Positions 10,456 through 20,613 of a stretch of DNA of 64,000 nt are shown piece after piece. The position numbers and the translations under genes were made by a program. This DNA is from a virus. Lineage: Duplodnaviria; Caudoviricetes. Every line of letters starts with the position of its first letter. Positions within the stretch are counted from its first letter, which is position 1. The stretch covers positions 8,394-72,393 of IMG/VR virus record IMGVR_UViG_3300033067_001199; one strand, given 5' to 3'. Under the pieces are notes generated by a model, which worked only from the letters and a program-made list of their open reading frames with translations, ran no database searches and was not told where the DNA came from.

Positions 10456-11817
10456 CTAAACTTCCTCCCATAAGAAGAAGCTATTTGCTCCGAAGAACTC
10501 CGTACCCATTTCAGTACGCATATTAATACTTCTCCTGTCGCGTGTTATCTGCTTAGGTCCGTTACCGGCTCCCTGGTGAACAAAGAACTCCATCTTTCTG
10601 CTGTATCCGTTCTTTTCTTTGTAACGCATACCCAATGACGGAACCTGCTTTCTGGTTTGAGGGTCTTGACGGTATCCAAGAGGAGCAACTATTCCCAGAC
10701 CTGTAATGTTGTATCCAGCGATGTTATACACCTTTGGATTACTGAACACTTTCATTTTCTGAAGGTGGAAGCTATACTCACTTTTGTTGATGGTCTTGAA
10801 CCCTAAGTTCAATTCTCTGGCAGTTTTTCCGCCTCCGTCACCAGCAAAGATTACCGGATTCTCTTCGAAATAATCTGCGCACAAGTCTTCCAACTCAATA
10901 CTCAAATCAATTCCGTTCATCCACAGGTACTCATCAGCCGCGAAGTTCTTTTCAAGCCTCTTTATCATGTAATTGATATTCGACATTGAGAATAAACCTG
11001 GGGTGTAACCACCGATAGGAGAATTACCGCGCATCCATGGCACAAGGCCTGTCATGTTACGGTGACCAGCATTTACCAAGTTGGTATTGGTAATAGGGCG
11101 GTCAAACAGAGAAGCGCCATCAATCTGAAGCATCATTCTGTAATCCGCCTGTAACTGACCTGTTAGGTAGTAAGCTCCGATAGGGTTTCCATCGCTATCC
11201 TTATCAAACCAAACACCGTTTGTCATTTCCGTTCCGGTAGTGATAACAGTTTCTTTGATAATCTTCGCTCCGAAAGTGAACTTTGAAACTTTAGCTACAC
11301 GTCCGTCCGGCTGGTCGGTGTCTTCCTGCCATCCATTCGAATAAATCGAAACCTCCTGCCCTGCGGCTAATGGTCCGATATTATCAGATGAAGCATGAGG
11401 CTCAACAGTAATTTGTGGTGTAGCAAAAGATGTAGTATCTATTGCGATAACCTTACCGGTAACCTGATTAGGAATTAAAACATCATCATTTACGCGAACA
11501 TAGAAGTATCCGCTGCCGTCCACGTTACTAGGCTGCAATCTAATGTTTACGCTGTTACCAGCACCAGGGTTAGCAACCGGATTCAGAACGGTAAATGTTT
11601 CATGGTAGAAGTCCTCTTCATAGTGACTCCAATTGGTTTGATCTACTGGCTCTACAAATCCAAGGGTTTCTATTGTGGCGAAGAAACCAACGCCTTGTTT
11701 TCCAAATCGTTTAAACAAATCGTTCCGGATGGAAGGTTTATGAATGTCAAACGTGGAAATGTACTTATCGGAAATGACCGCGGTGGTTGCCGATGGTTGA
11801 TTTACATTAGGTGTCAT
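10456..11817 (-). CDS. Major capsid protein (453 aa)
   Basis: Size; position after portal and scaffold; crAss-type MCP features (WSHYEED, AKIIKET...TGT, MTGLVPW, final aromatic-rich strand). Confidence 0.8.
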   Translation of the reverse strand: MTPNVNQPSATTAVISDKYISTFDIHKPSIRNDLFKRFGKQGVGFFATIETLGFVEPVDQTNWSHYEEDFYHETFTVLNPVANPGAGNSVNIRLQPSNVDGSGYFYVRVNDDVLIPNQVTGKVIAIDTTSFATPQITVEPHASSDNIGPLAAGQEVSIYSNGWQEDTDQPDGRVAKVSKFTFGAKIIKETVITTGTEMTNGVWFDKDSDGNPIGAYYLTGQLQADYRMMLQIDGASLFDRPITNTNLVNAGHRNMTGLVPWMRGNSPIGGYTPGLFSMSNINYMIKRLEKNFAADEYLWMNGIDLSIELEDLCADYFEENPVIFAGDGGGKTARELNLGFKTINKSEYSFHLQKMKVFSNPKVYNIAGYNITGLGIVAPLGYRQDPQTRKQVPSLGMRYKEKNGYSRKMEFFVHQGAGNGPKQITRDRRSINMRTEMGTEFFGANSFFLWEEV

Positions 11818-11852
11818 TTTTTATAAAATTTAGACAGGTTTTAAAAAATTGT

Positions 11853-13013
11853 TTACTTCTTTCTTCCACCTTCCGCCTCCAAAATCATAGCGGCAATATT
11901 AGTATCTCGGTCACCTTTGTTTCCGAAATCCTCTTGGCCGGCTGTGTTTGACATTGACGGATTGTGAACTAACTGCATCCACTCCTCATTTGACATACTT
12001 CTTCCTTGATTCATAAAAGCAACTGCCATCTCGTTCATGTGTTTAGCAACGTATCTGTCACGCAGGGCTTGTGCCGCACTTGCGATTCCATTCTCGTCAG
12101 CTACCAAATTCGGATTTTTAAGCATAGCGCCAAACTCATTCAACAACTCATTTTGCTCCGCTGCATCCATCTTTACATTATAACGAAGAATAGCACCGCT
12201 TGGGGTAGGAATTTCAATCTTATTGAAGCTCTCGAAAATCTGCTTGGTAGCAGGCTTCCACGCATCCAATCTAGCTGACTCCTTTCTGCTATCCTCAATG
12301 TTCTGGCGGCTTCCTCCGTTCTGTAACAATTTCTGTTTCAGTTCATCGAATTTTTGCAGGTGAGGTTGAACATCGAACTCAAGACGTGTCATACCCGGTG
12401 CTTCATCGCCATTTTCAGCATACTTGCCTAGCTTGTATGTTTGGTCAATGTAGTCCGTAATCTTATCCATCGAAATGCCCGGACGCTCCTGCTGTAACGC
12501 AAATGCCATTACTTCCTTCATCGACATTTTTTCTTTGTCAGAAGTAATAAACCTCAATGCTACATCAGGGGCAATGTTTTTAGAAACAAGATCGTCAAAT
12601 ACTTCACCGAATGGAGATTTATAGGGGCTTTTTTTAACCATCTCCTCAAGTTCCACCTGTCTTCCAAGACGCACTTTGATGTTGTCTGGCGTATCACCCA
12701 GCATTTCGCTGATTGTTTTAGCCACATCTTGTACGTTGTTTTGCTCGGTTTTAGGTGTTACCTTAGTTTCCGGTTGATTGACCTGTTTGGTCTGCGTTTG
12801 ACTTCCGATCTCAATTACTTTAGTCGGTGTCTTTTCCGCGCCCTGTGTCTTCTCGATAGTCCTAACCTGGGTTGTGGACTCGCTGTTTGGTGCGGTAACA
12901 GTTACATTCTTATCTCCACCGGCATTCTGTACCGTTTCGGCACTACCTGTTTTGATTCCAAATGCTTCCATTACTGCTGAAGCTTCTCTGTCGGTTACGT
13001 TATTTGGTGTCAT
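11853..13013 (-). CDS. Putative scaffolding protein (386 aa)
   Basis: Between portal and MCP; low-complexity T/E/K N-terminus and helical C-terminus. Confidence 0.55.
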   Translation of the reverse strand: MTPNNVTDREASAVMEAFGIKTGSAETVQNAGGDKNVTVTAPNSESTTQVRTIEKTQGAEKTPTKVIEIGSQTQTKQVNQPETKVTPKTEQNNVQDVAKTISEMLGDTPDNIKVRLGRQVELEEMVKKSPYKSPFGEVFDDLVSKNIAPDVALRFITSDKEKMSMKEVMAFALQQERPGISMDKITDYIDQTYKLGKYAENGDEAPGMTRLEFDVQPHLQKFDELKQKLLQNGGSRQNIEDSRKESARLDAWKPATKQIFESFNKIEIPTPSGAILRYNVKMDAAEQNELLNEFGAMLKNPNLVADENGIASAAQALRDRYVAKHMNEMAVAFMNQGRSMSNEEWMQLVHNPSMSNTAGQEDFGNKGDRDTNIAAMILEAEGGRKK

Positions 13014-13033
13014 ATATAATTATGAATTGGTTA

Positions 13034-13041
13034 CAAATGTA
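13034..13041 (-). promoter_or_regulatory. -7 box TAcaTTTG upstream of scaffold/MCP
   Basis: 20 nt upstream of ATG 13013. Confidence 0.55.
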
Positions 13042-13069
13042 TGAAAACTTAAACACAGCGCATAAAATA

Positions 13070-15436
13070 TTAAGCAAACGCGCTTGTTTTTCTAATTTCT
13101 GTTACTTTGTTCTCGCTAACATGAGATTCTAAATCCTTTTTAAGTTCGTGTTCCTTTTCAAGAACCTTTATTTTATTCTTTGTTGCATTATCATCAATAG
13201 CCATTAGGCCCTTTACCTTCATCTCCTCCATCTGTGCCCCCATCTGCGCCTTGGTAGCCTCTAGCGCTTGGTTTTGCTTGCCTTGAGCAGCTATTGATTC
13301 CTGCTGCAACTTAACTACATGCTCCTTGAATTTCCTTACCTTATAAGTTAAGAATGCCTCGGCCAACTTCAACTTACCATCATCAAGCATTCTTCCGATA
13401 GCAAGGTAATCTGGGAAGTCTATACCTCCATGCGTAGGGTCATTTGGATTAGCCAAAGCCATCTCCGCAGTTCGCATTATCCTCATCTTCTGCTCCTCCG
13501 TTGGCAAGGCCTCCATCTTGTATCCATAGTGAACCATGCTTATTTCACTACCAATCTTTATAGTTTCAAGGATACCGGAACCCAGGGCAGGCGCGTACCC
13601 CTCAATCATTCCATACTTTGCCAACTCCTGCAACTTGCAGCCAATATCAATAGCGGCCATCTCGCTAATCCAAACAACACCTTTTATCATAGGAGTAAGG
13701 GCGTTCTGTGTCCCAGCCAATGCCATTTGAGCGGTACCAACTAATTGCTTCGGGTCTTGTGCTGAAGCGTCAAAGATTTCGGATATTCCCGAAACCTCTC
13801 TGCACATCATAATATCGTTTGCCATAGAGCCGACCAACTCTTGAAACTCGGCACCTAATCCGCCCTTAGTTTCCTCTACAGGTTTATTGTTTGTCTGGTC
13901 ATAACCATCATCATCCATGGTACTGTTCTTCCTGTAAATGATAATACCAGACTGAACAGCAACCTCCAAAAGCTCTCTAGCGCTCATAATCTTTCCATCC
14001 AGAGCAACATTCTCAAATGCGCCAACCTCTATCATTATACCCTTTGGAATCGCCCTAGCCTTTAGGTTTTGAATCTTTAGCCAACTCATCTGAATTGAAT
14101 CAGCAAATGGTATCATCTGCTCAACCACACTCTTTTCCGACACCCTATAAAACTTCATTGGCTTGATGGCCTCTTTAGGGTTCTCCTTTGTTCTGGATAT
14201 GTCACTTACTTTTCCAGAGTCATAAAGGTAGTCGGTTCCAACTATCCACTTGCCTGTATAAACGGTTTTGGTATCCGTAGCAACAACCTCTTTTTTAATG
14301 TATGGAACACCGGTTACCTCATCAACAGCCTTTTCACTAGACAGTTTGGTATTAAACGGCTTCTGGAATGTCAACCTAACACCGGTGCTAGGTCCACCAT
14401 TCACCCACTTTCTTTCGTGCTTTATCCTGTCGCATGAATCAAAGTAAAGTTCATAAACCAATACTTGAAAGTTATCCCAAGGGAAGTAGGTATTCATTGC
14501 GTCCGTATTTACATAATCAGAATACGGAGATAGCCTGTCAGCATTTCCATACATTCCCTTATGCTTGTTCGCAATCTCATAATAATCCCTCTCGCTGAAT
14601 TGGTTTCCTGCCTCTAACTTTAATTGAGCAACAGTCATTAACCGGAACTCTCCGATTCTCTCCATGTTATCCCCATTGTGCCCCCTGAAATTATCCAAGG
14701 TCATATTCACAGGATCGCAGTAACGAACCTTTATTCTCTTAGAAATCCTGTCAACCCAAACACAAAGGCCTATAACACCAAGGTCAATAACATCTTCCCA
14801 CAACTTCTCTTCGATATCTTTCCAGGCATTTTCATAGAATACCATTCGCTGACCCTCTTCCATAGATATCTCCGTCTGAAGACGGAAACTTAAATTGAAG
14901 AACATCTCCAACTCCTCAATGCTTTCTGGGGTAAATGGCATTGTTTTGTTTTCGCCAAAACTCATTCCAGACTTCTTCTCTAAATTATCGAAAAAAGGCT
15001 TGAGCTTCTTACTAGCCCAGATGGACTTTTTAGTCCTTTCTTTTTCAAGTGCGGCCTCCGGGTTGATGGCTGTGCACCCTACACTATATTGTAGCTTTGA
15101 GAAATAACCCTTTAGAACATTTCTGAACTTAGGTATAACACTAACAATACTCCAATTCAAATCCATGTAAGAAACCGTCCTACCCTGCGCGTCCTTTAGT
15201 CTGGAAGCCCAGCGGTGATATTTCGTTACATTCTGGTTACCGGCAGCATATCTTCTGGCATCTATCCAATCAGACTTTCTTCCATTTGAGAAGTATCCGC
15301 TATTGCCTCTGTGTTGTGAGTAGGCCGCCTTTATATATTGGAGAACCCATTTACTGTCCTTATATTTTGGGTCTATAAGGTGCGAAGGAAATTCTGCTCC
15401 TGCTTGTGCCGCTGGTAAAGAATCGATTAGTGCCAT
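13070..15436 (-). CDS. Portal protein (788 aa)
   Basis: Start moved to MALIDSLPAAQ (ATG 15436) because the track's extension lies inside a tRNA; directly follows the terminase; crAss-type portal size and coiled-coil C-terminus. Confidence 0.8.
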   Translation of the reverse strand: MALIDSLPAAQAGAEFPSHLIDPKYKDSKWVLQYIKAAYSQHRGNSGYFSNGRKSDWIDARRYAAGNQNVTKYHRWASRLKDAQGRTVSYMDLNWSIVSVIPKFRNVLKGYFSKLQYSVGCTAINPEAALEKERTKKSIWASKKLKPFFDNLEKKSGMSFGENKTMPFTPESIEELEMFFNLSFRLQTEISMEEGQRMVFYENAWKDIEEKLWEDVIDLGVIGLCVWVDRISKRIKVRYCDPVNMTLDNFRGHNGDNMERIGEFRLMTVAQLKLEAGNQFSERDYYEIANKHKGMYGNADRLSPYSDYVNTDAMNTYFPWDNFQVLVYELYFDSCDRIKHERKWVNGGPSTGVRLTFQKPFNTKLSSEKAVDEVTGVPYIKKEVVATDTKTVYTGKWIVGTDYLYDSGKVSDISRTKENPKEAIKPMKFYRVSEKSVVEQMIPFADSIQMSWLKIQNLKARAIPKGIMIEVGAFENVALDGKIMSARELLEVAVQSGIIIYRKNSTMDDDGYDQTNNKPVEETKGGLGAEFQELVGSMANDIMMCREVSGISEIFDASAQDPKQLVGTAQMALAGTQNALTPMIKGVVWISEMAAIDIGCKLQELAKYGMIEGYAPALGSGILETIKIGSEISMVHYGYKMEALPTEEQKMRIMRTAEMALANPNDPTHGGIDFPDYLAIGRMLDDGKLKLAEAFLTYKVRKFKEHVVKLQQESIAAQGKQNQALEATKAQMGAQMEEMKVKGLMAIDDNATKNKIKVLEKEHELKKDLESHVSENKVTEIRKTSAFA

Positions 15437-15448
15437 CGCTATTTTTTG

Positions 15449-15520
15449 TTGCGGGGGCAGGACTTGAACCTGCGACCTTTGGATTATGAATCCATGCTCT
15501 ACCAACTGCGCTACCCCGCG
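15449..15520 (-). tRNA. tRNA-Met(CAU), initiator-like, structurally atypical
   Basis: CGCGGGG TA GCGC AGTTGGTA GAGC ATGGA TTCATAA TCCAA AGGTC GCAGG TTCAAGT CCTGC CCCCGCA A; C1:A72 mismatch; CCA not encoded. Confidence 0.8.
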
Positions 15521-15529
15521 ATTTTAAAA

Positions 15530-15537
15530 CGAAAATA
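15530..15537 (-). promoter_or_regulatory. Bacteroidota-type -7 box variant (TAttTTCG) upstream of tRNA/portal
   Basis: Motif lies 9 nt upstream of the tRNA 5' end. Confidence 0.45.
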
Positions 15538-15544
15538 ATAAATT

Positions 15545-17773
15545 TTATTCTCCTGCAACCCTAAAATCCATGAATCCTCCGATATCGTATGGCTTAGACT
15601 CCTCTTTTTTTGCTGGCGGCTTTACCACCATGCTTCTTCCGTAAAGATTTTGAGAGCCGGATATGAAGTAATCGAAGGGACTCAACTTCCTATAATCTAC
15701 ATCTCGGCAGTCCTGCAGGAACCTCCTCGCCTTGCACCTCCTCACATTTTTACCCAAATACGTTTCCACAGCAGTAAACATCGGATCCTTTATTACATCG
15801 CCCAGAGTAGTTATACCAGGGTTTACGGACTCTTCTACCCTCATGTTACCATTATCCATCTTTTTCAAAAGTCGCTTAAACTTTAAGAACTTCTCGTATC
15901 CCCTCTCCACAAAATAGTCCCAAAGGAATGGAACATTTATCTCGGGAAACATTTCAGCACCCAGAAACGCGCAAGTCATTATCATATCCTCTCCATAAAT
16001 CCGCTTACCCGGTGGCCTAGAACCATACTCAAATATAAAATCATCCGTCAACCAATCCTCCTCCTCCTTTCCGCCATCGACACTTAAATCGAACTCCATG
16101 TATCCATGAGAAGTAGCCATTGACTTTCTTGTGCCGGCCGTAACGTCATACTTAAACGTATCCCCAGATACAAGAAACTTACCCTTATTGCCAGGTGTCC
16201 GATATCCGTTTCTCATAACTACATTGTTCGCATACTGAAACGGCAGATAATAAAAGCGCCAGCGGCAATGTGGGCAACCAACTAAATGACCCCTGCTATC
16301 CTTTTCATTTGAGAACTTATGAAGACATGGCTTCCAGATAACCTCTCCATCCCTGATATCATCTTTCCAAGCCAGATTACCAGCATACTCATTCTCTCCG
16401 TATTTCAACTCATCTAACCTCTCATCAATAGCCTCAACGTGCTCCGAAAAATGGCAATCCTTTCCATCGCTCCGCCTAGCAATTCTTATTGAAGGAGGAT
16501 ACATTCGTATAAACGCCTGCTTCTTTGCCGGTGTAGGCTGCGTATCGGCCTCTATTTCCAGAAGTTCTTTACCGCCCTTGTGGTGATAACCCATACTCAC
16601 CTCCTCCATCCTATTCTCCGATATCAACACCTGCTTCCTATACTCCGCCTGTTCAGCTGTTGGAGTATTAACTATCGGGAATCCGAATTGGTCATAAATA
16701 TACGCTTCATACCCAGGCTTAAATATCGGAACAAGGCCGCTGACAGTCTGGAACAACTTTGTCATTTTAGACCGGTCAGACTCATCCCAAATCTGGAAGA
16801 ACGGACCCATACCCAACTTACTCAACAACTCGACAGTTGTAGTTATCTTTGCCTTGCCAACAACTTTCTGGCCGACCCTCAAACATTGCTTATGGATACG
16901 CCAAGCCTCGTAAACGTCCATCTCCTCAACCTTACCGAACTCATCCCCATCGTACCGCAATAACTTACGTCCGTCAAATGCGTTTTTTACAGTATCCCGA
17001 ACCTCTATTGAAGAACCCAACTCATCACTAACCGCATCGGCAAGCGTAGAAGCGTCCATACTCTCCCCACTCATAGATGAAGACCTAAAGTTTATTTCTT
17101 TAGCCGGATATGTTTTGTTATCGAACTTTGGACTGAAGAAGAAAGGAAGCCTCCTCCATGGCTCAACTATAAACTCTTGAAACGTAGCCTTTGCATCCGC
17201 ACCGGTCTTCGATTGAAGACCAGCCTTTGAGTTTGCCGTCTTTGTCAACTCCTCTAGGGTTTCTGCGCACATACGCGCAGTCTTTCCATCTCTTCTAAGG
17301 GTAAAGTCAATAGTTCCGTAAACATTCGGATTAGGAAGAACAAATAAGCACCATATCCAGAACCATTCTAGGTCTGGATATCTAAAGTCACCAAGGTCAA
17401 CACCTCTTTCGGTATTCTGCCAATAATAATTCAAATACCACCAGAACTTACCGGGCAAATAAAACGGCTTACCATTTATATACATGAAAACCCCATCCCT
17501 ACGCTTCCTCCATTGAGAATCTACCCACTCGGCCATATATGAGTTTACGCGAACCAACTCAAGCGCCTCTTCCCTGCGCATCCTATTAAGACGATACACC
17601 CACTCTGGGATAACCTCTCTTACAAAAAACTGTTCACTTGGCTTTTTACCGAAGTTTATAAACTCTTCCGGCTTTGGCGGTTCTGGGAATTTAATGAGAT
17701 ATGGCTCAAGGTCTTCTATACCTTGCTTAATTAGGCGTGTAGGCTGCCAATCTTCATATCCTAAGTAGTTCAA
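15545..17773 (-). CDS. terL: Terminase large subunit (742 aa)
   Basis: Walker A-like TLRRDGKT, Walker B LLRYDGDEFGK, C-terminal nuclease with acidic motifs (VSGDTF, DYFISG); directly upstream of portal. Confidence 0.85.
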   Translation of the reverse strand: MNYLGYEDWQPTRLIKQGIEDLEPYLIKFPEPPKPEEFINFGKKPSEQFFVREVIPEWVYRLNRMRREEALELVRVNSYMAEWVDSQWRKRRDGVFMYINGKPFYLPGKFWWYLNYYWQNTERGVDLGDFRYPDLEWFWIWCLFVLPNPNVYGTIDFTLRRDGKTARMCAETLEELTKTANSKAGLQSKTGADAKATFQEFIVEPWRRLPFFFSPKFDNKTYPAKEINFRSSSMSGESMDASTLADAVSDELGSSIEVRDTVKNAFDGRKLLRYDGDEFGKVEEMDVYEAWRIHKQCLRVGQKVVGKAKITTTVELLSKLGMGPFFQIWDESDRSKMTKLFQTVSGLVPIFKPGYEAYIYDQFGFPIVNTPTAEQAEYRKQVLISENRMEEVSMGYHHKGGKELLEIEADTQPTPAKKQAFIRMYPPSIRIARRSDGKDCHFSEHVEAIDERLDELKYGENEYAGNLAWKDDIRDGEVIWKPCLHKFSNEKDSRGHLVGCPHCRWRFYYLPFQYANNVVMRNGYRTPGNKGKFLVSGDTFKYDVTAGTRKSMATSHGYMEFDLSVDGGKEEEDWLTDDFIFEYGSRPPGKRIYGEDMIMTCAFLGAEMFPEINVPFLWDYFVERGYEKFLKFKRLLKKMDNGNMRVEESVNPGITTLGDVIKDPMFTAVETYLGKNVRRCKARRFLQDCRDVDYRKLSPFDYFISGSQNLYGRSMVVKPPAKKEESKPYDIGGFMDFRVAGE

Positions 17774-18381
17774 GACCTTTTATTTTTTTGAGCAAATTGT
17801 TCCGGTGTCAAAATAAGCCCCCTGAGCTTTGACCCAGCAACAAAGTTATTCAAATCTGTGTCACCAAAAAAGACCTCCTGCGATAATGACTCAATACTGT
17901 CTTCCAGAGCATGAATAGCTTTTGTTAGTTGGGATATCTGTTTTGCATCTGTATAGGCCAATTCGTAGTTGTATTTGTAGTAAGCGTCAACCTGCATCAT
18001 CAATGCCGAAAACTTCATAGAGTTCTCCCCCTGCAGGAACCGAAGTGTAATATCTGCAACCCTTTCGTTTGTGGTGCTGATAAGTTCTTGAATATCCTCT
18101 GGCACACCATCCTTTCCAAACGAGAAGCCGGCTTGTATCAATGCTTGATTTTTCCTGTGCTTTACATCGGTTATCTTTCTCACAAATGGAGAGAACCTGT
18201 GGTATGCGTATACGATATAGCGCACTAGCTGGTCATTCGTAATGCTGGTAAGAACCTTTAGGTCATTAAGCAACAATCCATCCATCCTTTCTCCCAGGTC
18301 CGGAAATGCTGTCAAGCAGTTTTCCGTTTCCGAAAGGAGGTCAATACGCCAACGCATATCAATAAAATCATCTGGTGTCAT
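17770..18381 (-). CDS. Hypothetical protein, possible terminase small subunit (203 aa)
   Basis: Overlaps the terL start; helical; assigned by position only. Confidence 0.35.
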   Translation of the reverse strand: MTPDDFIDMRWRIDLLSETENCLTAFPDLGERMDGLLLNDLKVLTSITNDQLVRYIVYAYHRFSPFVRKITDVKHRKNQALIQAGFSFGKDGVPEDIQELISTTNERVADITLRFLQGENSMKFSALMMQVDAYYKYNYELAYTDAKQISQLTKAIHALEDSIESLSQEVFFGDTDLNNFVAGSKLRGLILTPEQFAQKNKRS

Positions 18382-18514
18382 GTTTAGTTTGGTTTAGCAT
18401 AGCACTTGCTGTCTGACTGCCTTGTTTTACAGCCGCAATACTTACAGGTATGCTCTGGTCTAAAGGAAGCAAAATAGTCTATCACTAATGTGACAAGATT
18501 TACTATTCGTTGTT

Positions 18515-18835
18515 TCATAAATTATCAAAATAACCTTGGTGATATTTCTGTTTCAACTCCTCATACTTCTCAAAAACCCACTGCCACTCCTCTAGCTTCT
18601 TCAACGAACCGACATTTGTAGTCCACCGGTGATGTTGGTCATATGTTGTAAGGATAATGTTTTCTTTCGACAACTTAGCCTTTCCGTAAATTGACTTTGG
18701 CAGTATATGAAAGAACTGATTTATCCAGAGTAAGTGATTTTGATTTACTAACTGCAAAATCATCCCAGACTCCTTTATCTCGCTTACGTGTGGGCGCTCT
18801 TCCCATATCTCTAAAAATATATCTAGCTGACCCAC
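18515..18835 (-). CDS. Hypothetical protein (106 aa)
   Basis: ORF track; coupled to the upstream gene. Confidence 0.5.
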   Translation of the reverse strand: MGQLDIFLEIWEERPHVSEIKESGMILQLVNQNHLLWINQFFHILPKSIYGKAKLSKENIILTTYDQHHRWTTNVGSLKKLEEWQWVFEKYEELKQKYHQGYFDNL

Positions 18836-19920
18836 TACAATACAACTTGAATTTTCTCTTCCCGAACCAATGAACCAATTTCATTTTCTCCCCAAGGGAA
18901 GTCGGTATAAACGCCCTTATCAAAAATAACCCTGTCACCAGCAGAAACCTCACTACAATCAGGGCCAACCATCTTTATCTCACCTTGGTACGGCTTTTCC
19001 TGTGAAACCTCTGGTATATAGAACCCTGTTGTCGTCTGCTCCGCCTCTGCCTCTCTGATTATAAGCGTATAATCCCGAACCAACTGAATCATATTGTCAC
19101 CAACCCTTTTAGCGATAATATCCTCCAACTTCATTCTGTAATATGGCTTATCTAGCGTTCTGGTTAGGTCATACTCAACCGGAACATCAGACTCTTTCTC
19201 AAACACAACCCTGTCACCTTCAGATAACCCACACCCAGCCGGTGCGCTTCTTACAATACCCTCGCTTGACCTGTAAGGAGTATCGGTAGTCACAATTATC
19301 TTACCTGTGCTCAACTCATCATCAACAATGATGTTTCCATACTTAGGTATATACTCGATGTGCTGACCCTTTCTAATCGGCTCTATAAGCAACCAATCAT
19401 TAAGCATTACATAATCTACCAAAGGCTTGTCTTCGCGTACCGACTTTACGAAATCAACAGCCTCATTAACACCAAGACTAATCACCCTAGCGGTATCTTT
19501 TGCTATATTACTTCCGGAATATGAATCAACATATCCTATAACCCTAACCGCAAAGAACAAAGAGGAGTAAGGAAGCAGAGAATACCTCTTTCCATCCTCC
19601 TCAAAATACATTCCCCGATTATGATTTTTCTTTGAGTTCTTGATCGTTAAGTAGTGAAAGTAAACCTTATCCCCAGGCATAACATAGCACTCCTTGTCGT
19701 CAGAAATAATATGCTTCTTATTCCTATCCTCGAGCATGGTCTTTGTCTTTAACCTATCTGGAACAGCAACAACAGTAGCCCAGACATTCGCGTACCTTTC
19801 TGGCTCGAATGACGTTTCAATGTAAAGCTCTATTCCAGATGGAGTCTTTATGGTGCTAACCAGCGGAGGTATTTCTACTAGGACATAGCCATGTCCGGGC
19901 TTTATTGATTTGATATCCAT
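18835..19920 (-). CDS. groES: Co-chaperonin GroES/Cpn10-like protein with three tandem GroES domains (361 aa)
   Basis: Three units with GroES motifs: IKPGHGYVLVE..KTPSGI..ATVVAV..GDKVYF; MLNDWLLIEP..EGIVRS..GDRVVF; VRDYTLII..TTTGFYIP..QGEIKMVG..GDRVIF. Confidence 0.75.
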   Translation of the reverse strand: MDIKSIKPGHGYVLVEIPPLVSTIKTPSGIELYIETSFEPERYANVWATVVAVPDRLKTKTMLEDRNKKHIISDDKECYVMPGDKVYFHYLTIKNSKKNHNRGMYFEEDGKRYSLLPYSSLFFAVRVIGYVDSYSGSNIAKDTARVISLGVNEAVDFVKSVREDKPLVDYVMLNDWLLIEPIRKGQHIEYIPKYGNIIVDDELSTGKIIVTTDTPYRSSEGIVRSAPAGCGLSEGDRVVFEKESDVPVEYDLTRTLDKPYYRMKLEDIIAKRVGDNMIQLVRDYTLIIREAEAEQTTTGFYIPEVSQEKPYQGEIKMVGPDCSEVSAGDRVIFDKGVYTDFPWGENEIGSLVREEKIQVVL

Positions 19921-20360
19921 TATGCTTCTTCTATTTTTCCTCCAAGGTTCAAAAATTCTTTGTAATCCTTCTGCAAAGCCACTAGGTCGCCACTAACAGG
20001 CAGGAAGCAACAAACATTGTCTTCCAGCCACACTAACTTAACCCTACCATGCTTTACAGCCTTTTTGCTTGCTTCTAGCTGGTCATTCCTTTGCTTCCTG
20101 TTCATCTTATCCCAAATATCTCTCTTTTCAGAAATTCTCATAGGGAAGACAAACTCCCGATACCGAACAAATACAAAGGCATCTTCCGGAACGTCATTTG
20201 TTTCAACTCCATCAACAATATAGTTCTGGTCAGAAGACTCATCCCACTCCTCCTCCCATCGCTTGTGAGCTTCATCGGACATCGACTTAACCGCATAGTA
20301 AAATACACCAATGAAAAACAGGGCTATAAGTATGCCCAGAATTATTGCTTTCAAACTCAT
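19920..20360 (-). CDS. Membrane-anchored hypothetical protein (146 aa)
   Basis: N-terminal hydrophobic helix AIILGILIALFFIGVFYYAV. Confidence 0.55.
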   Translation of the reverse strand: MSLKAIILGILIALFFIGVFYYAVKSMSDEAHKRWEEEWDESSDQNYIVDGVETNDVPEDAFVFVRYREFVFPMRISEKRDIWDKMNRKQRNDQLEASKKAVKHGRVKLVWLEDNVCCFLPVSGDLVALQKDYKEFLNLGGKIEEA

Positions 20361-20361
20361 C

Positions 20362-20613
20362 TTAAACTGATTTATCTCTTAACAATATAATTACCTCTTT
20401 GCCTGTCTGGTGGGCGATATCAAACAGCAAATCCATAGACGGAAGATACTTTCCTGTTTCTACGTTTGATAAATGCTGGCTGCTTATGCCCAGACTCGTA
20501 GCCATTGACCCCTGTGTTTTCTTAGGCCGATAGCTTTGTCTGGCATCTCTCATCTCTTTGGCGACAGACTTTCTAAACCTTATCTTCTCTGAAGACTCTT
20601 TTTTATCACTCAT
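20362..20613 (-). CDS. XRE/Cro-family HTH regulator (83 aa)
   Basis: KTQGSMATSLGISSQHLSNVETGKYLPSMDLL. Confidence 0.85.
   Translation of the reverse strand: MSDKKESSEKIRFRKSVAKEMRDARQSYRPKKTQGSMATSLGISSQHLSNVETGKYLPSMDLLFDIAHQTGKEVIILLRDKSV

Noticed and set aside
15437-15505. N-terminal extension of the portal ORF (MVEHGFIIQRSQVQVLPPQQKIA)
   Set aside because: It is read-through of the tRNA sequence; the real start is ATG 15436.
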